Part shown: positions 58,177 through 64,000 of the stretch, one piece after another | How positions within the stretch are numbered: the stretch's first letter is position 1 | How the letters are laid out: each line of letters starts with the position of its first letter | NCBI GenBank assembly: GCA_017481725.1 | Contig: JAFUOX010000061.1 | Span: forward strand, 19,467-83,466 | Direction: 5' to 3' | Length of the DNA stretch: 64,000 bases | Source: Kiritimatiellia bacterium | GTDB lineage: Bacteria; Verrucomicrobiota; Kiritimatiellia; RFP12; UBA3636 | Notes under the pieces: generated by a model | Seen by the model: only the letters and a program-made list of their open reading frames with translations | Databases searched by the model: none | Told to the model about the DNA's origin: nothing | Made by a program: the position numbers and the translations under genes

Positions 58177-61100
58177 ATGAAAAAGATTATATCGATATTG
58201 TTTGCATTTGTTACCGTGTTGTCTATTGATGCTTTTGCGGCATGGACAGTTGTTTCTGAAGGAAATAATCCACAGGTAACAGATGGGAACTGGGTAATCC
58301 AATTAAATTCAAAGTATAAAGCCATGTTTGTTTCAAAGTCTAGCACAAGCACTGTTCTTGATATGTCAACCTTGAATAGCGACTTGGCTGCTGCTGGTCA
58401 TTCGTATAAATGTACTGAGTTTGATGCAAATGGCTTCCGAGGTAACGCTTATGCTATTCTAAAAACAGAGTTTACGGAAATTTATTTCCCAGATGAGGTT
58501 ACAAAAATCGGTCAGCAGTGTTTCCAAAATTGTAATGCCCTAGTAACAGTTGAGTTAGGAAGTAGCTTCACCTCTTTTGCTAATACTCACGGCTTTTCAC
58601 AGTGTCATTCATTAACGACATTATACACACGTGGAGAAGAAAAGGTTGTTGGTACAATTAAGCTTCCTGATGCGGTTACAACACTTCCAAACTACACATT
58701 TGAAGCCTGTAAATCATATACTAATATGATTGCTAGAGGTGTAAAAAAAATTGGACAGGCAACATTTTATCAAAATGAAGCAGTATGTAGCATTGAGCTA
58801 TCTCCAGAGTTATATTCTGTAACTAGTGGTACTGATCAAGGAACATTTTATTTCTGTAAATCGCTCTCTACTCTTTCTCCTTCAAAAATGAAGCTTACCG
58901 AGTCTGTTGGACAAAGTGCTTTCCGTGAAATTCCTTTGACTCATGGTCTTGATTTTTCTGAGTCAACATTTACCTATGTGGCTAATAATTCTTTTTATGG
59001 TATAGCATTGCCTAATGATAAAAAAATTATTTTGCCTTCAACATTAAATAATGTTGTGTCAGGTGCTTTTCGCCAGCAACAGAATGGCAAAACGCTATAT
59101 GTGAACCTCCGTTTTCTTGGTGAGGTTCCTGTAACTTTGGGAACAGACTGTTTTACTCCAAAAGAACAAAAAACACATAATGTATTATATGTTGATGCAA
59201 AGAAGTGCACATCTTGGACAGCACAAAATTTCACTCCTCTAACAGAGGATATGAAGAGCGAAGCCTCTTATCCTGGAGAGAAGACACTTGGTAAGTCAAC
59301 AATTGGTGTGAACCAAAGCGGCTGGTGGAACTGGCTAGTTCAAGAGGATCTTCCAAAGGGTCCAACAGAGTGGAATATTGTTTCAGAAAATGATGATGGC
59401 TCTATCACAATCTATAATACAACAGAAACATGGACCCTTAATCTAATCCCTGATGGCGATGGCTATCTAGTAAAATATGTTTCAGATGAAATCGCAGAAG
59501 GCACTCTAATGGATCTAGAGCTAGTAAAGATTTCTGATGACCTAGATATCAAGCTCAATGGTCTAGCAGATGAAGCATTTAAGGGCGTAACATCTATTGG
59601 TACACTTGTAATTCCAACAGGTGCCGATAAGCTAGGCGACTATGCACTACAAAACTGCACAAGCCTAACAGCAGTAACTCTTCCTTCCGGCTTTAATTAT
59701 AATGAAGCAGGTAAGGGTGCATTCAAGGGCTGCTCAAGTCTAAGTATTGTAGGTCTTTCAACTCAATCAATTACTGCAGGTGTTGTTGTGCTTCCAGATA
59801 GTGTTACATCAATATCTGAAGAACTATTTGCAGGTTGCACAAGCATCACACAAGTTACCGGTAAGGGAGTTGCTACAATTGGTGCAAATGCTTTTGCTAA
59901 TGCTTCTGCTCTTGCACGTGTTGCATTCTCTAAGGATCTTGGTGCGCTAACCTTTGGTGAGGGATCATTCATGGGTACAGCACTTACTCAGACAATTGAT
60001 TTAACACAAACACCAATGACAAAAATTCCAGCAAATGCATTTGCAAATTGCTCTGGAATTTCACTTGTTATTGTTCCTGCATCAATAACTGAAATCGGTG
60101 CTAATGCATTTGCTAATATGGCAGGTGGCGCAAATATTAGCTTTGCTGGTTCTGTTCCAACGCTTGGTGCAAATGCTCTAATGCCTTCAAGTGGTGCCGC
60201 AGGTTCTCGTTATGTTATCCGTGTAGAGGATGAGTATAAGGCATCATGGCAGGAAAATGGCTTTACAGCTATTACAGATTCTATGATGGAAGAGTCAGAT
60301 TATTATTCAAACTTCTATGTAGGACAAACTACTGTTGGTACAGACGGTACTGCAAACTGGATGTTCTGTAAAGATCCTTCAAAGACTTGGTGGATTAGTG
60401 GTGTTGGTACATATACACGCCCAGATAACAATCAGAAAATTTCTACTCAGACTGTAACTGATGGCACATACATAATGCATGTAGTTAAAGACGGAGGAAA
60501 GCTATATCTTGCTCCAAGTGTTTGTGTTGCTGGTGGTGTTCTTGATATGTCAACATTGGATGTTGATACTGGTCTTGAGCTAGTGGCTCTACATACAAAA
60601 GCTTTCAATAAATTTGAAAATACACCTGCTGTTGTAAGACTGCCTGATAGTATGACATCTGTCGGTTATCAAGCATTCCACGAAAATAAGAAAATTGTTG
60701 AGGTTGAACTAGGTGCTGGCATCACATCATTAGGTGATAGCCCATTTAGAGAGTGCGTGGCTTTCTCTACAATGTATCAACGCGGAACAGCAGAGCGCAT
60801 TGAGGGTCAGGTAAATATCCCTGCAACAGTAACATCTATTTCTACTGGTGCAGAATTCTTTAATTGCGATGGCATTAAAGAGGTTATCGCTCCTGGAGTA
60901 GTTGTTGTAGGTCATTCAACATTCTACGAGTGCAGCTATGTCACAAATATTGTTTTATCTCCTGATCTTTATGAATTTAAGGCAGGTGGGCAAGGTGCTT
61001 TCTATCAGTGTAAGTCGCTAAAAACAATTAGTCCAAATGAGATGAAGCTTGTAGCAACAGGCTCCGGAACCTTCCGTGAGTTACGTCTTTCCCATGGTTT

Positions 61101-61566
61101 GGATCTGTCTAAGAGTACATTCACATATGTTGGCGATAAGGCTTTCTATGCAACAAAGTGTACTGATGAAAATGGCTTTGCATGCCCAATGGTAATGCCA
61201 AAGACTGTTACAAAACTAGATGGACAGGCATTCTGGGGCCAGAATGGAAATGGTAATCAGATTATCGTCTTCAAGGGTGATAAGCCTACAAGCGTTCAAT
61301 CAAACTCGTTAGATACAAATAATAATGGTTTAAATACTCTTGTAGTAGATGCAGAGACATATCCAGATTGGTTAGATTCTAGTGAGTTTACACCTGCTTC
61401 AGAGCTTCCTGAGGCTGATGTTGCAAAGATTAATCTTCAGCTTAATTCAAATCCAAATTATCCAGGAATTAAGGTTCTTGGTAAACTATCAACAGGAACA
61501 GCTGGAAAATACTTAAACTGGATTGCTCAGCTTGAACAGCCTTTGACTATGATTATCGTTAGATAA
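58177..61566 (+). CDS. large BspA-type leucine-rich-repeat surface protein (1129 aa) composed of two tandem ~350-aa modules
   Basis: signal peptide MKKIISILFAFVTVLSIDAFA; module start VLDMSTLNSD.. (res ~60) repeated as VLDMSTLDVD.. (res ~780); LRR units xAFxxCxxLxxVxLP. Confidence 0.8.
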   Translation: MKKIISILFAFVTVLSIDAFAAWTVVSEGNNPQVTDGNWVIQLNSKYKAMFVSKSSTSTVLDMSTLNSDLAAAGHSYKCTEFDANGFRGNAYAILKTEFTEIYFPDEVTKIGQQCFQNCNALVTVELGSSFTSFANTHGFSQCHSLTTLYTRGEEKVVGTIKLPDAVTTLPNYTFEACKSYTNMIARGVKKIGQATFYQNEAVCSIELSPELYSVTSGTDQGTFYFCKSLSTLSPSKMKLTESVGQSAFREIPLTHGLDFSESTFTYVANNSFYGIALPNDKKIILPSTLNNVVSGAFRQQQNGKTLYVNLRFLGEVPVTLGTDCFTPKEQKTHNVLYVDAKKCTSWTAQNFTPLTEDMKSEASYPGEKTLGKSTIGVNQSGWWNWLVQEDLPKGPTEWNIVSENDDGSITIYNTTETWTLNLIPDGDGYLVKYVSDEIAEGTLMDLELVKISDDLDIKLNGLADEAFKGVTSIGTLVIPTGADKLGDYALQNCTSLTAVTLPSGFNYNEAGKGAFKGCSSLSIVGLSTQSITAGVVVLPDSVTSISEELFAGCTSITQVTGKGVATIGANAFANASALARVAFSKDLGALTFGEGSFMGTALTQTIDLTQTPMTKIPANAFANCSGISLVIVPASITEIGANAFANMAGGANISFAGSVPTLGANALMPSSGAAGSRYVIRVEDEYKASWQENGFTAITDSMMEESDYYSNFYVGQTTVGTDGTANWMFCKDPSKTWWISGVGTYTRPDNNQKISTQTVTDGTYIMHVVKDGGKLYLAPSVCVAGGVLDMSTLDVDTGLELVALHTKAFNKFENTPAVVRLPDSMTSVGYQAFHENKKIVEVELGAGITSLGDSPFRECVAFSTMYQRGTAERIEGQVNIPATVTSISTGAEFFNCDGIKEVIAPGVVVVGHSTFYECSYVTNIVLSPDLYEFKAGGQGAFYQCKSLKTISPNEMKLVATGSGTFRELRLSHGLDLSKSTFTYVGDKAFYATKCTDENGFACPMVMPKTVTKLDGQAFWGQNGNGNQIIVFKGDKPTSVQSNSLDTNNNGLNTLVVDAETYPDWLDSSEFTPASELPEADVAKINLQLNSNPNYPGIKVLGKLSTGTAGKYLNWIAQLEQPLTMIIVR

Positions 61567-61595
61567 AAATGGTACCATTTTAAGTAAAGAAGAAT

Positions 61596-61633
61596 GCTCC
61601 TGCTACATAGAATTGTGGTAGGGGCATTTTTTT
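61596..61633 (+). terminator. Rho-independent terminator after the large LRR gene
   Basis: gctcctgctaca-tagaat-tgtggtaggggc (12-bp stem with 3 G-U pairs) followed by TTTTTTT. Confidence 0.6.
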
Positions 61634-61780
61634 ACACTGTTTGTCTTGTGGAGAGATTTGACGCTAGAGCTTGCGTCCATTTGGATTCATGAACACCAAT
61701 GGGCATGCTATTGCACGCATGCCTATGGCGTGAACAAGTATGATGTGTGAGCTATCATGTGCACAACAAATCCATTCTTT

Positions 61781-61821
61781 CTATTTTAGAAAAATGTAAA
61801 AAAGTTAAAAATCTAAAATAG
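61781..61821. repeat. 41-bp palindromic repeat copy 1 (CTATTTTAG-N23-CTAAAATAG)
   Basis: ctattttagaaaaatgtaaaaaagttaaaaatctaaaatag. Confidence 0.75.
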
Positions 61822-61855
61822 GTTGTTGATTTTCTGCTTACAAAATGATACATTT

Positions 61856-61896
61856 CTATTTTAGAAAAACACAAAAAAGTTAAAAATCTAAAATAG
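61856..61896. repeat. 41-bp palindromic repeat copy 2, ending 8 bp before the ATPase start codon
   Basis: ctattttagaaaaacacaaaaaagttaaaaatctaaaatag. Confidence 0.75.
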
Positions 61897-61904
61897 AGAT
61901 ACCT

Positions 61905-63137
61905 ATGAAAATTAAAAGAGACTTTTATTTGACACAGCTAATTGATCGAAAGCATAATCGGATGATCAAAATAGTGAGTGGTATTAGGCGATGTGGCAAA
62001 TCATATTTACTGTCCGAATTATTTACTCAACATTTACTAGATGAAGGTGTTGATAGGCATCATATCATACATATTGATTTAGATACTAGAGACAATTTAG
62101 AATATAGGAATCCAGATGCATGTAATCAATATGTAAAATCATTAATTAAGGATGATAACATGTACTATCTTCTTTTGGACGAGGTCCAATTGATGGAGGA
62201 CTTTGTTAGTGTTTTAAATGGCTTTTTGCATATTAAAAATCTTGATGTTTATGTAACAGGAAGCAATTCAAAGTTTTTATCATCTGATATTGTCACAGAA
62301 TTTAGGGGACGCGGTGATGAAATAAGGGTATATCCATTAAGCTTTGCAGAAATTTATCCTATTTATGACAACAATTGGGAGAAGGCCTGGGGTGATTACA
62401 CTGTTTATGGTGGAATTCCTTTAGTTTTTACCTATAAAAAGGAAGAAGACAAGGTTAAGTATTTGAAAAATTTGTTTAAAGAAACCTATTTAAAGGATAT
62501 TATTGAGAGAAATAGAATTAAAAGCACAGAGGAGCTAGAGGAATTATTAAATATATTAGCATCTAACATAGGTTCTTTGGTTAATCCCCAAAAATTGACC
62601 GCAACCTTTAAAAGTGTAAAAAAAGTGGACTTGTCAGCTCCAACAATAAAGCAATATTTAGATTATTTACAGGATGCATTTTTTGTTAATAAAGTACTTA
62701 GGTATAATATTAAGGGGAAGAAATATATTAATACACCATTTAAGTGTTATTTTACAGATATTGGATTAAGGAATACTAGCCTTTATTTCCGCCAAATAGA
62801 AGAGACACATATTATGGAGAACATCATATATAATGAATTACAAATTCGTGGTTATAATGTAGATGTTGGGGAGGTGAATATAGGCGGCAACAGAATGACA
62901 GAGGTAGATTTTGTAGCAAATCTTGGCAACAAGAGGTATTATATTCAATCTGCATTAACTATGCCAACGGTAGAAAAAATTATGCAGGAAAAGAAATCCT
63001 TACTAGGGATAAGAGACGGCTTTAAGAAAATAATTATTACAAAAGAGAATATATTGCGAGCATATCAGGATGAGGATGGAATAACCATTATGAGTTTAAA
63101 AGAATTTCTTTTAAATAAGAACAGTTTAGATATATAG
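61905..63137 (+). CDS. AAA+ ATPase with C-terminal DUF4143-like domain
   Basis: 410 aa; Walker A GIRRCGKSYLL, Walker B LLLDEVQ; C-terminal EVDFV segment typical of DUF4143. Confidence 0.75.
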   Translation: MKIKRDFYLTQLIDRKHNRMIKIVSGIRRCGKSYLLSELFTQHLLDEGVDRHHIIHIDLDTRDNLEYRNPDACNQYVKSLIKDDNMYYLLLDEVQLMEDFVSVLNGFLHIKNLDVYVTGSNSKFLSSDIVTEFRGRGDEIRVYPLSFAEIYPIYDNNWEKAWGDYTVYGGIPLVFTYKKEEDKVKYLKNLFKETYLKDIIERNRIKSTEELEELLNILASNIGSLVNPQKLTATFKSVKKVDLSAPTIKQYLDYLQDAFFVNKVLRYNIKGKKYINTPFKCYFTDIGLRNTSLYFRQIEETHIMENIIYNELQIRGYNVDVGEVNIGGNRMTEVDFVANLGNKRYYIQSALTMPTVEKIMQEKKSLLGIRDGFKKIIITKENILRAYQDEDGITIMSLKEFLLNKNSLDI

Positions 63138-63140
63138 AAT

Positions 63141-63181
63141 CTATTTTAGAAAAATGTAAAAAAGTTAAAAATCTAAAATAG
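63141..63181. repeat. 41-bp palindromic repeat copy 3, starting 4 bp after the ATPase stop codon
   Basis: ctattttagaaaaatgtaaaaaagttaaaaatctaaaatag, identical to copy 1. Confidence 0.75.
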
Positions 63182-63318
63182 GGAACATTTCTCCCCGTAG
63201 AACTTAGTACCCCACATTCGAGTATCCCTTAGCTTTCCTTTGAATATATATTTTTTGTGAGTCTGCAAAAGAAAAATGCAAATAACACATTTTTTATTGT
63301 AGAAAGAATAGCACTAGT

Positions 63319-63350
63319 CTTGACAAATATGCAAGATAGATGATATATTT
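63319..63350 (+). promoter_or_regulatory. candidate sigma70-like promoter (TTGACA-N18-TATATT with TGn) for the downstream LRR gene
   Basis: cttgacaaatatgcaagatagatgatatatt. Confidence 0.3.
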
Positions 63351-63413
63351 ATTATTAAATATAAGTGGTTAAACCATTGATATATAGAATTTTGTAATCA
63401 AATAAGGACGTTT

Positions 63414-64000
63414 ATGAAAAAATCATTGTTCGTTTTGACAATCGGTGCTTTAACAGCACTATGCTTCGCGGATCCAGTTTGGGTAGAAACAGCGGATTCA
63501 ACATCAGGTACAAGAAAATTTACTGATGGTAATTTTGTTATTGCATGGCAAACTAATAATATGCGCATATTTTATGATTCTCATGATGCATCAAAGGGAA
63601 CTGTACTTGATATGACAACCCTTTGCGAGGATGTAGAAGCTGCAGGTTATAGTGCTCCAACAGGTGTTGCATCAAGTGCTTTTTATGGTGACGCAGGAAT
63701 TACAAGAATCATCTTTTCTGAGCGCATGTTGTCATTCTATCAAAATGCCTTTACATCATGCTCAGATTTGGAATCTGTTGTGCTTCCTTCTCAAATTGCA
63801 TGGACAGAGTCAAGTAACCCAAAGCAGGTATTTAGTTCATGTAAAAAGCTTTCAACAATTACTCCTAGAGGCGTAGAAGAAACAAATGGCGTTGTTTATT
63901 TGCCAGAAACTTGTACCGCTATTCCAAATAATATGTTTCAGGCTTGCCAAGCTAATGGCATAAAGAAAGTAATTGCACCATCCGCTGTATATGTTGGTGA
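63414..64000 (+). CDS. BspA-type LRR surface protein paralog (5' partial; runs off the window end)
   Basis: signal peptide MKKSLFVLTIGALTALCFA; N-terminal module TDGNFVI...VLDMTTL homologous to the N-terminus of the 58177 gene; not in ORF track (no stop). Confidence 0.6.
   Translation, partial: MKKSLFVLTIGALTALCFADPVWVETADSTSGTRKFTDGNFVIAWQTNNMRIFYDSHDASKGTVLDMTTLCEDVEAAGYSAPTGVASSAFYGDAGITRIIFSERMLSFYQNAFTSCSDLESVVLPSQIAWTESSNPKQVFSSCKKLSTITPRGVEETNGVVYLPETCTAIPNNMFQACQANGIKKVIAPSAVYVG

Noticed and set aside
61781-63181. Possible CRISPR array (repeated 41-bp palindromic units)
   Set aside because: There are only three copies, the spacing is irregular (35 bp and 1244 bp), and the 'spacer' is an entire ATPase gene. 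No cas genes are present. It is not a CRISPR array.

Overview
This is an AT-rich (~40% GC) bacterial chromosomal window. The organism uses AAGGAG Shine-Dalgarno sites, has diderm features (TolC-like OMP, HlyD, SppA) and an anaerobic metabolism (trimeric NADH-dependent [FeFe] hydrogenase, Rex). It could be a Treponema-like or other anaerobic diderm, but I cannot confirm this. The core content is ordinary housekeeping: hydABC-like hydrogenase, murA, galU, nadD, ispH, panC/panB, the ddl-ftsQ-ftsA-ftsZ division cluster, sppA, a UDG-family gene, fabD-fabG-acpP-fabF, rex, a two-ABC/HlyD/TolC export locus, a GH20 hexosaminidase, purL, a CDF transporter and tRNA-Val(TAC). Several accessory items are interleaved with it. 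(1) A tandem array of 4.5 RhuM-family N-domain paralog cassettes lies next to the 3' end of tRNA-Val. They are joined by a reiterated ~70-bp junction that carries the RBS and the first ~25 codons. Two cassettes carry a ~93% identical C-terminal ~150-aa domain with a degenerate HxR..D..G.S (PLD/Nuc-like) motif. This is my top candidate for an undescribed system. (2) Two GC-rich non-coding islands (11967-12700 and 27291-27861) share a 17-19-bp core motif (GTGCGAAGGRAGGGACGC) and carry short tandem repeats, which makes them look like MITE-like elements. (3) An AAA+ (DUF4143) ATPase gene is bracketed exactly by copies of a 41-bp palindromic repeat. (4) An orphan Flp/TadE/TadG pilin cluster has no assembly machinery in the window. 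(5) A UbiA (DPPR-synthase-like), large polytopic membrane protein and PgpA locus sits 4.4 kb upstream of a GtrA-family gene, which suggests a polyprenyl-phospho-sugar glycosylation route. (6) Three BspA-type leucine-rich-repeat surface paralogs are present, and the 1129-aa one is internally duplicated. All calls are made by eye from the sequence and the ORF track; no database searches were run.
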